From Bispira polyomma (Eukaryota): a DNA stretch of 64,000 nt. The DNA lies in the NCBI GenBank assembly GCA_965649765.1, contig OZ287756.1:41788001-41852000 (forward strand), given 5' to 3'. Of the stretch, positions 1-12,387 are shown piece by piece. Position 1 is the first letter of the stretch. Every line of letters starts with the position of its first letter. The notes below the pieces were generated by a model, which worked only from the letters and a program-made list of their open reading frames with translations, did not search any database and was not told where the DNA came from. A program made the translations under genes and the position numbers.

Positions 1-266
1 TATGTTCAGAACTTTAGTGTTGTGTCATAATGCTGAGAAATAGTTTGTGATGACTTTGTGAGAGATACCTAATTAAGTCAGGAACTTAAAGAAAGTTATG
101 ATACTGTTAAAACTAAAAGTCTGTTTTAAGTCATTATAGACTGTGAAACTTAGAAACAATCGAAACTGGTTGTCATACTGTTTCTGTGTTCTTGGTCTGT
201 AGCTCTGTTCTATACATCTTAAAGCGCCTTTTACCAGTGAGGTGGCTGGTAAGGAAGTGTCTGAAA

Positions 267-640
267 TTATAAATAACTGTCAAGGGTAAATAAGTCAAGT
301 GGAACATCATACCTAGTGAAGTTGTCTGTAAAAAGGTTTTTTACATAATCGTCGCAATGCACTGATTCATACCACCAAGATAACACATTTGCAATTATAT
401 TGTCTTTACCTGGAATATGATTAATATTTAAGTCAAACTTTTTTGTAGCGCATATTTGCCCTATGTTTTGGAGGCATAGACCTAGATAATCATCTCTGGT
501 GTTAGAAGCCTGGACAATGGCCACCACAGCCATGTTGTCAGACTGAATCTTAATTTGTATTTATTTTTCCATTCATGGCCCCATAGTTTTAATGCTATTA
601 AAACGCTGACCATTTCGAAATGTACAATGGAAAACGTGTC
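267..640 (-). pseudogene. RNase H domain remnant of element 0
   Basis: DNMAVV and HIPGKDNIIANVLS are DIRS-type RNase H motifs; the frame is disrupted upstream. Confidence 0.8.
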
Positions 641-3600
641 AGTTACTTTCCCCAAGTATTTGAAATCAAGACAAGTACTGTGAATCTAATTTAGTTTGTC
701 TTTGTCTATACTGAGGTTTTCTTCTTATTGTGTCATATGGTGTTTTAACAGTGCAGTCATTTAGAGAGTTCTCTGCTGGGTGAGATAGATTCAGTATAAG
801 ACAGCGCTTGTCAATGTTTTTAGGTACAGTCAAAAGTGGAGAGCAATGTATGTTGGGGTGAAGGTCAGAACTGGCTGGGCCACTAAAGTGCCTCGTTCGA
901 GTTCTGTGACAAAATATTCGTCAATAGCTTCTGGAAAAGTTCTAGCTGAGTATTGGTTTTTAACATTTTGAACTGTTAGTCTATCTCTATCATAAAGTGA
1001 AGTAGGAAAGCCAAATTCAATATATTGTAATATGATATTTGTTTAAATATTTTCATATCTTGTATTTTGCAGGCAAGTGCAGGAAAAGGGATTAAAAAGC
1101 TACACTGACCTGTTACAATTAACATATAGTTTACTGTCACATAGTATATTTATAATAAAAAGTAACCACATTTATCACTACTTGTCAATGTACAAAAAAA
1201 CCTCAGAAAAACACCTTAATACTATAATTATTCCATTAATAGTATCCATCTATCCCATATTTTACTGAAATGAGCAAAATTTGATTTTATCTTAGCAAGC
1301 ATTTCCTGCTCTTTATATATACCTTTAATTACCCTTTGTATAATACTAAAATACATTTTTTTATTTAATTTAGCATATTGAAAAAGGTAGTATTTTGTCA
1401 CTAATATAATTGTATTAACTGGTATAAAGTTTTGATCAAAATAGGGATAGCCCATTTTAATAAAGTAGTCAGTAAAAGTGATTCTTATGTTCAAAGCATT
1501 TAAAATCCAGCTTGTTATATGGTTCCATATTTCATTTGACACATTACATCTCGCAAACAAGTGGATAATTGATTCTTCTTCTAAATTACATAGTCTACAA
1601 CTTGCACTTGCCGAAATGTTGATCTGTTTCAGAAAACGTCTAACCCCTATACGGTGTGTTAGGGTATGGTATTGCAGCCAAATTAAAGCATTATCTATCA
1701 CAGTTATTTATTATCTATAACAAATTCAGTATGCAAACTTCCAACTATCTATATCAATATTAAGATTTAAATCTGTATTCCATTTATCATTACAGAACAC
1801 TTTTTTTGAAGAATTAAAAACTTTATATAGAGCTCTACTGCCCTTATTATTTTTGGAGAAAATTCTTATATGAGACGGATGGACTGGCCTTAGAAAGGGG
1901 CTCTCATTGTGATTCTTTTTTAATGTATTTAAATACTTATTTACCAAAGATTTAATTCTATAATACTGTAGATATTTCACTTTTATCAAGCCAAATGAAG
2001 CTTTTATGTCTTCAAAATTTAGTACCTTTCTTGACACCAGGTCCACTATATTCCCTGTGTAAATTACATTCTTTTCAAACCAATGTGGAAAGAATAGAGG
2101 AGTACTTTACCAGAAAGGACTGGATAATCCTTCCTCAAAGGTTTCAGGGTTCAGTAGATAACATAGTGATAACCAAGAATGTATGACATTTGTCTAAAAT
2201 GGATTATCTGCAACTATTTTTTAAAGCCGTTGCAAACCCATCTGACATATATTATCAGTATGCATTACAGAGCTTTTAAATAATTTTACCCAGTTTGCCC
2301 CTGAATCGAAAATTACTCTGTTCACCCAGGTTTACCCAAGTTTACCATATTTAAACCACCAACCGAATAGTATTGGGTACATTGAATTCTGCTAACCTTG
2401 TCAGGCTTATTGCCCCATATAAAGTTGAAAATTAACTTATTTATTCTTTCTATTAATTTAATATCTGGTGTTGGAAGTGACATAAATAGATGGTTTAGTT
2501 TGCTTAGAACAAAAGTTTTGACAATTGATATCTTACCCAGTGGAATCAAACTCTGTTGTTTCCAGTTTATGAGGGTTTTTTCTATTTCTTGTAGACATTT
2601 AGTGAAATTTATAGATATAATATCCACCAAATCTACTGAAAATTCCAGTCCTAATAATTGGAAAGTATCTATATCCCAACACAAAGTTTTACCAATATTA
2701 AGTTTTTCCTTACATTTTCGTTTTTTCTGATCCAAATCAGTTTTGTTTTCTCAGTATTGATCCTCAAGCCGGATAAGGAACCAAATACTTCTAATTTATT
2801 TAAAGCAGCCAACAGAGAGCCCATAGATCCATCAAGAAACAATGTAGTGTCATCAGCAAACTGTGTCGACTTATATTTATATTCCTCAATAAATATGCCC
2901 TTCATATTTTTGTAATTTTGTATTAATTTGCACAGAACCTCGGCACAAATAATAAAAAGATAAGGTTAGATTGGATCTCCTTGGCGACAGCCTCTCTGGA
3001 TTTGAAAAAATTCTGAAAGCCACCCGCACTGTATAATTGCTGCACTGATATTATGATTAAATAAATTGATCCATTTTATTATATCTTGACCAAATTGAAC
3101 AGTTTAAGGACCTTATTCATAAATTTCCAAGAGATTGAGTCAAAAGCCTTTTCAAAATCTATGAGCATCAACAATCTAATTTTTTTGTTTACTTCACAAT
3201 GGTGCATTAGATCGTAAACTAGTCTAGTACTTTCTCCAATGAATTTTCCCTTAACAAACCCTGTTTGAGTATTTAAAATTATTGTGGTCAATATTTTTGT
3301 AATTCTATTTGCAATACATGCCGATGCAAGCTTATATATTACACAAAGAAGTGATATTGGCCTCCAATTTTTTAAAAACTGCCGCGGTTTATCACCTTTT
3401 GGAGGGCAAGTTACTGTACATTGTCTAAGGGAAAGTAACAATTCTCCTGTCTTGAAACTATAGTTCAGACTTCGCCAGATAAAATATTTTAACTTCAACC
3501 AGAAGACTTTTAAAAACTCAGCAGGTAAGCCATTGATGCCTGGTGTCTTATTGTTCTTCATTTTTAAAAGAGCTTCTGACAGTTCTATCAAGGTGATTTC

Positions 3601-3933
3601 CCCCTCTAGGGGTTAATTTTGATTATCATCTAATTTATTTAGTTTTGCATCTTTAAGCAGTGGTTCAAGGTCAATGTCAGCTAGGTTTGAACCTCTATTG
3701 CTAAACAAATTTCTGTAAAAGTTTTCGACCTCTTCTAATATGCCCTTTTGGTCAAGTAAGGTCACATTTTTTGTTCTTGTACTTGTCTTATATTTTTCCA
3801 GAATTTTTTTGCTTTCCAGGGAATAGAAGTATCTAGTTGGCCTTTCATCTTCAGATAACCATTGCATTCTTGACCTTACAATATGACCATTTAGTTGAGT
3901 TTCTCTCAATTCTGTTTACTTGAGTTTCTCTCT

Positions 3934-4087
3934 CAGTCCAATGGTGGTGTGATAAGTTATAAGTTAATAGGAAAGTTTATTATAAGACAGTAAAAGATTC
4001 CATTTGAGGTTTTTGTTTACATGTTAGCTTATGTACAGGTTGACAATCAAAGTCAGTTAAAATTTCAGGATGGAATTTTAAGCCCCA
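3934..4087 (-). repeat. Element 1 terminal repeat B2
   Basis: 154 bp, nearly identical to 5186-5339 and to the start of 63396-64000. Confidence 0.95.
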
Positions 4088-4961
4088 TCACGACTACCAT
4101 AAAATACAGCCGGGTCAAAATAAAAACCCATAACAAAGCTAAAAATAAGCTAAGAGACAATCACAAATATAAAGAATAGTGTAAACCCCTCAGTCACACC
4201 AGACTTTGGATTAGAACCAATAAAATAACCTCAAAAGAGGAAAATACATTTAAATACATTGATTACTATAAACATGACTATCATTATCATCACCTTTAAC
4301 TAGTTCATTATGTGAATAATGTACTGTAATACACAACAAGGTTACTTTTGGTGACTAAGATACTAAAAACAATTTCAGGGGATAAACTTCTCAGTTTACT
4401 GTAAATTCTGACATGTATTTGTGATACGTGGATACTAATTGACGCTACGTGATCGTGTACAAAAGGTGCCCTTCTGGGGACCACACGTGTAACCAAGTTA
4501 TGGTCATTGTGTATAAATTGGTACGTTGTGTTACTTATTCAACAAGTGGTATTAACTAGCTCAGTAAGCGTCCCTTGGATCGTTAACTTGAGTCATATGA
4601 AGCTGACCACTCTAATGTCGCGTATGTTATAACCTCATATGAGTAAATGTTCAAATATGCTTATAAATTGAAAATAAGTTCAAGCAAGAGAGAACGTGCA
4701 ACGTAGTAACAGCAGGACCCCGGGCCTTGGACACCAACCGCCTAGCAGGGTGAAGTCCAACCTCTCAGAGCCCCTTATTCCACTCTGGAACCCCAGTGGT
4801 GAACTCAGAGGCGGGAGTAAGAAGGAAGAATCCCAGACCCACACAGCTCGGAACCCGGCCGCCATGTTGCCGTCAAACCTGCCTGGATAACCTTATGCAT
4901 CAGAAAACCTTAAAAATTTCTGTAAATCCTTAATAACGCTGTGGTAAGTGGAGGTGGTGGG

Positions 4962-5339
4962 TTTCAATTTTTCTAAATGTCCTGTTCACAGGTGAAAACA
5001 CAAATTCAATATGGAGGATAGCTATCCTAGCTAAGGGGTCACTAATAGCTAATGCTGTGATTGGATAAGGCCCAGATGGACAGAAAGTTGGATAATGCTA
5101 TTGCATTCGCTAGGGATTAAAGTAGTGTGATAGAAAAAGGAGGTTGGACTGATATAGCAGTCCCCTGGGGTGGACTTGCTATGCACAGTCCAATGGTGGT
5201 GTGATAAGTTATAAGTTAATAGGAAAGTTTATTATAAGACAGTAAAAGATTCCATTTGAGGTTTTTATTTACATGTTAGCTTATGTACAGGTTGACAATC
5301 AAAGTCAGTTAAAATTTCAGGATGGAATTTTAAGCCCCA
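4962..5339 (-). repeat. Element 1 internal B1-A2 junction repeats
   Basis: A2 (4962-5185) abuts B1 (5186-5339); the junction reads GGACTG-TGCATAGC on the minus strand. Confidence 0.95.
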
Positions 5340-6313
5340 AGCCCAACTAAGAAGGGGGGATAGCCACAGCAAAGGTGAGAGGCACCACTGAAGCAGCTTA
5401 GCAGGTCTTCTTGTAGGTAGGTCCATACAGCTGAAGACCTCCACAGGCCATGGGACATAATATTCTGCAGTGATACGTTTTTATTAAAAGCAAATGTGGC
5501 CCCCGACCTCCTAAATGTGTGGAACCCGTGTGAATGGTATGGAATGTGTTCTAAAACTCTCTGTAATGCGACTCTCACATGTGTCTCTATGACTGGGTAA
5601 AATGTTTAACTGCAAACAGTGGTGCAGATGGAGAGAGAGGCCTAGACAAGATAAGCTGCTGTATAGCCCTTACTGAACATAAAATTTGGTTTTGAAGTAC
5701 AGGAATTTGTATAATGTGGGAGTCTAATCTGTTTTGAAGGTTCAAGATGACATCCATTTCAAGATGACATGGGCCCCAGGTGGGGCAAAAATAATATCCT
5801 GTCTAAGAAAGTGCCTAGATGGGTCAAACGCTGCCCTAGAATGAGAAGCCAGATTGGACAGTCTCAAGAAGCCGAAAAAGGCTAGAAGGAAATTAGCCCT
5901 AAAAAGTACTGGATCTTGCAATATCTGACAAGCTTGGGATATCTGTGTTAACTGATGTATATCAAACAATCCCTTAGGTCTAGGCCTGAAAGTAGAGTTG
6001 ATGGTAATGCTTCTCGTAAATAAAGAAACAGAGTTGTGTGTAAAAGGAGCCATACTCCACTGTAATTTGTTAGCCATAAATTTAAGTGATGAGAGGTAAT
6101 TGGCAATGACAGCTGGTGAAAGGCTATTCTGTGCTAAGTATTCTAAGAAAGCCAGAACTGATGAAACATTAATGTATTTAATGCCTGCAACATGTAAGAA
6201 AGCTAAAAATGTCTTGAATTGGTTACTGTAAGCTGTAGTGGTCTTTGGTCGCAGTGCCAAGTCTATTCTGCTGCAGGCTGATTGAACAAGTGTGTGAGTG
6301 GAACTGGCAGAAC
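5330..6313 (-). pseudogene. Tyrosine recombinase of element 1 (frameshifted)
   Basis: FFGFLRLSNL (catalytic R), HTFRRSGAT (HxxR), HGLWRSSAVWTY (H/W and Y). There is no ATG, and the frame is preceded by a TTTCAG acceptor-like site. Confidence 0.92.
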
Positions 6314-6319
6314 CTGAAA

Positions 6320-7067
6320 TTACACAGATAAGGCCAGGTCAAAGTACTTTATAGGTACCTTATTCCATTTATAACAATTTTGTAATTTAACAGTTAGCTC
6401 TGCAGTAGGAGGTTTGTCTGAAAATAGTCTAGAAAGAGCATCTGCAATCACATTATTTTCCCTGGAATGTGTTGTATGTCAATTGTGATGTCATGTCTGG
6501 CAGCTAGCAGCCAGATATTCCTCAAACATGAGGCCAGAAAGTCATCCTTAGTTTTTTGTGAATTCACAACCAGTACTACGGCCATGTTGTCACAGTGAAA
6601 CAAAATTCATTGATGCGCCCACTTTAACGCCCATACACGCAAAGCGTGAATGATATTCAGCATCTCTAAGTGAACTATTGTCAACTCTCTGCCAAAAACA
6701 TTGAAATATGGTGAAGCATACACCTCATCTTTCCACACGCCTCCTAAACCGGTAAGGCAAGCGTCTAAATGTAACTCACTCATGTTTTGAATAATAGGAT
6801 GGTCAATGAAAGTTACTCTGTTAAATGTCTGTAAGAACTGCTTGAACCATGCTAAGTCGTTCCGCATGTCTTGAGAAATAGCAAATTTCTTCTTACCCTT
6901 GTTGTTTCTAAACGTGTGAAGCAGTCTATTAATAAAAGTGCGTGCTGGCTTGACGCATTTGTGCACATACAGAAGTTTCCCTAAGAGGGACTGAAAATGA
7001 CTGCGCGTTATGAAGCGCCTGTTAAACACGTCGCACACACATTCAAGAATCTCTTCTATTTTTTCAT
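6320..7067 (-). pseudogene. RT thumb / RNase H of element 1
   Basis: FQSLLGKL, LHLDACLTGLGG, IVHLEMLNI and CDNMAVV motifs. Confidence 0.9.
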
Positions 7068-10000
7068 ATTATCGACCATCACCACTATATATTGTTGTCT
7101 GTTTTTGTGCTTGGTTCCCCTTTTTTGTACCATCACGTTTACTTTTAGCGCTTGGCCCTTTTGTATCCTCACGCAATATTTTATTCCTTGTTTTTCTCTG
7201 AATTGCTTTTTTTTTTTTTCCCCCAATATGTTTGCCATTAGGGCTGCCATCTTGTACCTGTCATTCCTTACGTTCTGTTACCGCAACGACTATCTGATAC
7301 ACTGTCAATGCAATACCACCTGGAAGACATTAATTTGTCTTGCAATCCTGTTCCACACTTCTGGTCCCTTCATACACACTGTTATTTTCGATCTAAATTC
7401 TGCCCAGTCAATTACCTACCAAAGGCTGAAACATTCAAACTCATTACTATCCTACTGGCAGGTGATATTGCGAGTAACCCTGGCCCAATTCAGTTCGGAT
7501 TTGGAAATGCCTGCTCGTTGCGGAATAAAGGCCCTGTCATAGCCGATTTGATCGACTCATCCTCCATAGATATTTTCGGCATCACAGAAACACACATTAG
7601 GAGTTCTGATACTCCATCATTCCTCTTTGAACTTACCCCAGCTGACTTTCAGCTATTCCATACCCCTCGTGTAGGTAAACAGGGTGGGGGGGTGGGATTT
7701 TTTATTAAGAAAAACTATGAATGTCGATTAGTTGCTACACCAAGTTTTACATCTTTCGAACTCATCCTTGTCTCTGCTCACTGGAAAAACCAGTGTTTAA
7801 ATGTTGCAACAGTTTATCGGCCTCCTGGCTCAAATCTCACTACATTTTTCGAAGAATTCATGTCTTTTGTTGGGTTTACTTGCTCGTTACCCTCTCCTAC
7901 TGTATTCTGTGGGGATTTCAATATTCACATAGACACCGCATCTGGAAATAGTAATCGGTTTTCCACAGTTTAGGAATCTTGCAATCTTACCCACCACATA
8001 AACTTCCCTACCCCTATTCATGGGCATACACTAGACTGCTTGCTAACTCCTACTGATTTCAATGGTATCAAAAACATAAAAAACATTGGTTGCATCAGTG
8101 ATCATTTTTCGATATCCTGTGAAATTGATGCTCCCTCCCAACCATCTTTTGATGTCACACAAATCACTTTTCGGCAATTTCAAAAAATCAATATGTCTGA
8201 CCTTAGACGAGAGTTGGCAGATACGGCCTTCGTCAAGTCTCCTGCTGATAATGCCACTGACCTATACACACAGTACTGCACTGACCAGCAGTCTCTTATA
8301 GAACGCCATGCGCCATGTAGATCAAAGACATTGAAGAAGCCAGCACCTGAGTGGATCACCAGTAATTATCATGAAATGAAGATGCTGCGCAGGCAAGCCG
8401 AACGAAGATGGCGCCGAAACAAAACAGCTACAAATAGATCTAGACTACGCCAATGGATCACCCGGTGCAACAACACTATAAATGACTCAAAACGTGCCTA
8501 CTATGCTAACATGATATCACAAAGCGAGGGTGACCCGAAGAAACTTTGGCAAAAACTAAATAACACCCTCCACCGTAAAAAACAGACTATACTACACGAA
8601 AATTCCAATAGCAAATCACTGGCAAACATTTTTAGTACTTTTTTCACTGATAAAATTACCAGGATCCGTGACGGTTTTACATTAGCTGCCCCAAATGCCC
8701 CTTTACCAACAGCTCCTCCAACCGTCTTCAACTGTTTCTCCACAGTAACTGTTGATGAAGTCAGGAAAATTATACTAGCATCACCCGTAAAATCTTGCTT
8801 GCTAGATCCGTGGCCCACATTCCTTGTCAAAGAATGTATTGATATTTTATTGCCCTCAATCACAAAACTTATCAACCTCTCGTTGATAAATGGCGTCTTT
8901 CCAGATGATTTTAAAAAGGCTATTGTCACTCCTTTAATAAAAAAACCTTCTCTTCCAAAGGCTGACTTGAAAAATTACCGTCCTGTCTCAGGCCTTTGCT
9001 ATATCTCTAAGTAGAACGCGCGGTTGCCTTACAGATCAAACAACATGTTGACGTCAGCAATCTGTCCAATAAGTATCAGTCAGCCTACAAAAGTGGTCAT
9101 TCTACTGAGACTGCACTTCTCTGCATCAAAAATGATGTTCATACATCTTTATCCAAAGGTATGCCTACTGCCTTAGTACTGCTGGATCTGTCAGCAGCCT
9201 TTGATACTATTGATCACAAAGTTCTTCTTGAATGCCTATCGTCCTGGTTCGGTATCAGCGGTATGGCGCTTAAGTGGTTCACGGCATATTTATCTGATAG
9301 ATTCCAATCAGTCAAAATTGGCAATATCTTATCCGACCCAACATGGTTAAAATTTGGTGTTCCCCAAGGTTCCGTCCTGGGTCCCATTTTGTTTTCCATG
9401 TACACCACTCCACTCAGCAAGATTATTGCTGCATACAAAAACATAAACTTTCACTTCTATGCTGATGATACCCAACTGTACATCCACCTTACACCTGACT
9501 CTGCCCAGGTAGCTTTCACTTCCTTACAGAACTGCCTTGTTGATGTACAACACTGGATGGCAGCAAATAAACTCAAGCTGAACCCTGAGAAGACTGAGTT
9601 TATTTTGTTTGGCTCCAAGTCGCAACGGAAAAAATTGTCCAGCTGTTTTCCACTTGACATTCTTGGCAGCAGGTTTTTTCCAGCTGACAAAGTACGAAAC
9701 CTGGGTGTGGTGTTGGACTCTGAATTTTCCTTCTCGAACCATGTCGCATCGGTGTGTAGATCATGTTTTGTTGGCCTCCGTGATTTCAGGCGGATTCGAC
9801 GCTATCTTTTCAAATCCACTGCAATCACTGTTGCCAATGCTTTGGTCAGCAGCAGGCTTGATTACTGCAACTCTCTGTTCCGTTCCTTATCTCGTAGTGA
9901 TCTCAGATGCCTTCAGAATATCCAACACTCATTGGCACGTATTGTGACCAAAACATCCAAATTTTCCCACATTACTCCTGTACTCAAGTCACTGCACTGG

Positions 10001-10483
10001 CTCCCAATAAAATATCGTGTTGCTTTCAAAACAGCAACAATAATATATAAATTTCTAAATTCTGGATTACCCACTTATTTTAGCCCCCATCTATCCAAAT
10101 ATACATGCTCAGTCAGGACTAGGCGCAGTAACCCTGATAAATTATACCTTAACATTCCCACTTTCGACCCTCGCATCCACAAATCCAAAGTTCAGTTCAA
10201 TCACTGCCTAGCTCATGATGGCCCCCTCATTTGGATCAGCCTACCTGATCATGTTCGCCTGGCTCAAACTTTCTCCTCTTTCAGGAGTAAGCTGAAGGCC
10301 TATCTTTTTGAACAGGCTTTTCCACCTTAGCCGTCACAACCATCTACGGTAGTCTCCCTGGTTACGACTTCCATCCGCCCACTATTTTTGATTTGCGATT
10401 AACGTTTTGGGTTTGTTGCGCCTTAGAATTTGTTGTACAAAGATTAAGCGCTATAAAAGTACGACTAGATTAGATTAGATTAG
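7068..10483 (+). mobile_element. L2-clade (CR1 group) LINE, near full-length single EN-RT ORF with few lesions, inserted in the pol gene of element 1
   Basis: EN motifs GITETH and GDFNIH. RT motifs NYRPVS, LDLSAAFDTIDH, GVPQGSVLGP and YADDTQ. L2-typical SRLDYCNS, HITPVLKSLHWLP and FRSKLK. (TTAGA)n tail at 10466-10483. The host frame IQH|EKIEE is restored if the insert is removed. Confidence 0.93.
9161..10330 (+). CDS. L2 reverse transcriptase, C-terminal 389 aa (part of disrupted ORF2, ~7228-10330)
   Basis: YADD catalytic motif and QGSVLGP; upstream portions are in ORFs 7308-7973 and 8040-9014. Confidence 0.88.
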   Translation: MPTALVLLDLSAAFDTIDHKVLLECLSSWFGISGMALKWFTAYLSDRFQSVKIGNILSDPTWLKFGVPQGSVLGPILFSMYTTPLSKIIAAYKNINFHFYADDTQLYIHLTPDSAQVAFTSLQNCLVDVQHWMAANKLKLNPEKTEFILFGSKSQRKKLSSCFPLDILGSRFFPADKVRNLGVVLDSEFSFSNHVASVCRSCFVGLRDFRRIRRYLFKSTAITVANALVSSRLDYCNSLFRSLSRSDLRCLQNIQHSLARIVTKTSKFSHITPVLKSLHWLPIKYRVAFKTATIIYKFLNSGLPTYFSPHLSKYTCSVRTRRSNPDKLYLNIPTFDPRIHKSKVQFNHCLAHDGPLIWISLPDHVRLAQTFSSFRSKLKAYLFEQAFPP

Positions 10484-12252
10484 ATGCTGAATGCTAATAG
10501 TACCAGCGGCAGTGTCAATGTTAATGCCCAAACAAGTAATGCTAGTACTAGGTGGGGTGCGTTTCTTGGCATTCATGGGGAGACCTAAATAGTCTAGCAG
10601 TTTGGTCAAAATCTGAAAACCCCTGTTAGCCTCTGCTCTATTCGAGACGCAAATGTAATCGTCGATGTAGCAGAACATATTGAAACCGTTTTTGCGCATA
10701 TATGACGCTATTGCGTCAGAGCAGCGTTGGAACGCCGCGCTGCCATGAATCCAGCCAAACGCCACCGCAGGATCTATGTAACTACCCTTTTCAAACTGGA
10801 TTCCTAATTTTACAGCGTCGACAGGATCTACACGCAAATTACGGAAAGCGCGAGCTACGTCAATTTTAAACAATACCGGATCATCTGTGACTTTGATCGC
10901 ACTAGTAATATCATCGATTGTAGGAAATTTCAGAATAAATATTTTCTATCAAATAAATTCTTATCAACATTCTCATTAAGCGAATTGCCTTGTGGGTATG
11001 AGAGGTTAAGAATTACCCTACGACTAATAATGTCCTTGGGACGTGTGAGAAGTGGTGAACAATGATAATGTGAGGAGCTAACCTCCTTCACTGGGCCCAA
11101 CATGGCACCCTTATTACTTTCTTTAACCAGATATTCTCTTTCACTACTTGTGTGTTGGAGGGCAGAATAATGATTGGTGACAGAGGCATTGTTAAGCATT
11201 TTTGGATTGGTGAGAGAAAGAGGAAAGCCGAATCTAATGTACTGACACAGCAACTGGTCAGGATAATCTTGGAAAACTTCATCCCATGCATCTGGATTAA
11301 GTCCTGACACCAGGGGAACCCTTGCTTGTCTATAATTGGGAAGTGCAGTGTCTCTGATAACAGAAGCCACTTGCAGCATGTCTTCTACTGTTTCAATTTT
11401 CCTAAAAGGTTTGTCAGGACCTATGAATGTGAATGCTGTTGAGGAAAGTGCTAAGAAACCCATGGTTTTCTCGGGGTCATTAAAGTGCTTAATTTCTTTG
11501 TACAAATCCTTGTTTGCTTCAACACTATCAACCATTTGGGTGAATTCATTGCTCGACGAGTTCATGTATTCAGTATAATCAAAACCCAACTGCTTGAAAC
11601 AGGCATTATCTCTTTTGAAATAATAAAATGTATCACCAGCTTGCTTGACCACAGCCTGGTGATGAGTTTCCACATTAGTAATACTGGTAGTATTTAAAGA
11701 AACAGCCGGAACCTGGATTATGGTTTGAAAGGTTTGAATAATACAAAGGTTTTGGCTAGGTGGAAATTCAACACGAGCATATACACACCTGGCAGCAGTC
11801 ACGTCATAAAACATGTGGAAATAACCTGAGAATTTTCCATCCCTATCCCTAATGTAAACAATTGGGGCCAAGTTTTGAATTTCCCCACAAAAAGTTTTCC
11901 AATTGGTGACTGATACCTGACACGTGTGTGTCTCTTTGTTCCAAGCTGGTGAATTAGCATAGTGACTGCTCCCATTTGAAATGCAGGCCTCAGTGCTACT
12001 GTCCCATCTATGGTAACCTGACTGGGTCCTGCTTTGAAATTGAATACATTCATTTACATTCTTGGTTTCATACTGGTAGTTGTCGCCAGCATCTACTGAA
12101 ACTGCAATATTATTAAAGACATCATTATCAACAAAGTTCACATTTATATCAGTGTTGAATACATTATTGACAAACCTTGTACTATCTGACATTACCATCT
12201 GCTGATAATCATTACTATTGGAACTTTGCACAATTGTATTAATTTCAGACAT
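10484..12252 (-). pseudogene. pol (RT) of element 1, with a long N-terminal extension
   Basis: QYIRFGFPL, SPLLTRPK, RRVILNLS, KIDVARAFRNL, FGW..GSAAF and YIDD motifs; frameshift near 10930. Confidence 0.92.
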
Positions 12253-12387
12253 GCTTCTGTCTCAATAACCTAATTCACTGTTTTTGTCCTTTATATTAAA
12301 CTCTTTTACAAATTTACTGTTACCGTTCATCATTGAATTACCCTTATCACTACCTAATGTTCGTCCAACTGGTTGTGAATCGTGGCC

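Noticed and set aside
5330-6260. Phage integrase or bacterial integrative element (also retron/DGR-like RT plus recombinase)
   Set aside because: The gag-RT-RNaseH-YR order and split direct repeats identify a eukaryotic DIRS-order retrotransposon.
6997-7542. 181-aa hydrophobic ORF
   Set aside because: It is chimeric across the element 1/L2 junction and mostly T-rich L2 5' sequence. Other antisense and alternate-frame ORFs over TE genes were rejected likewise.
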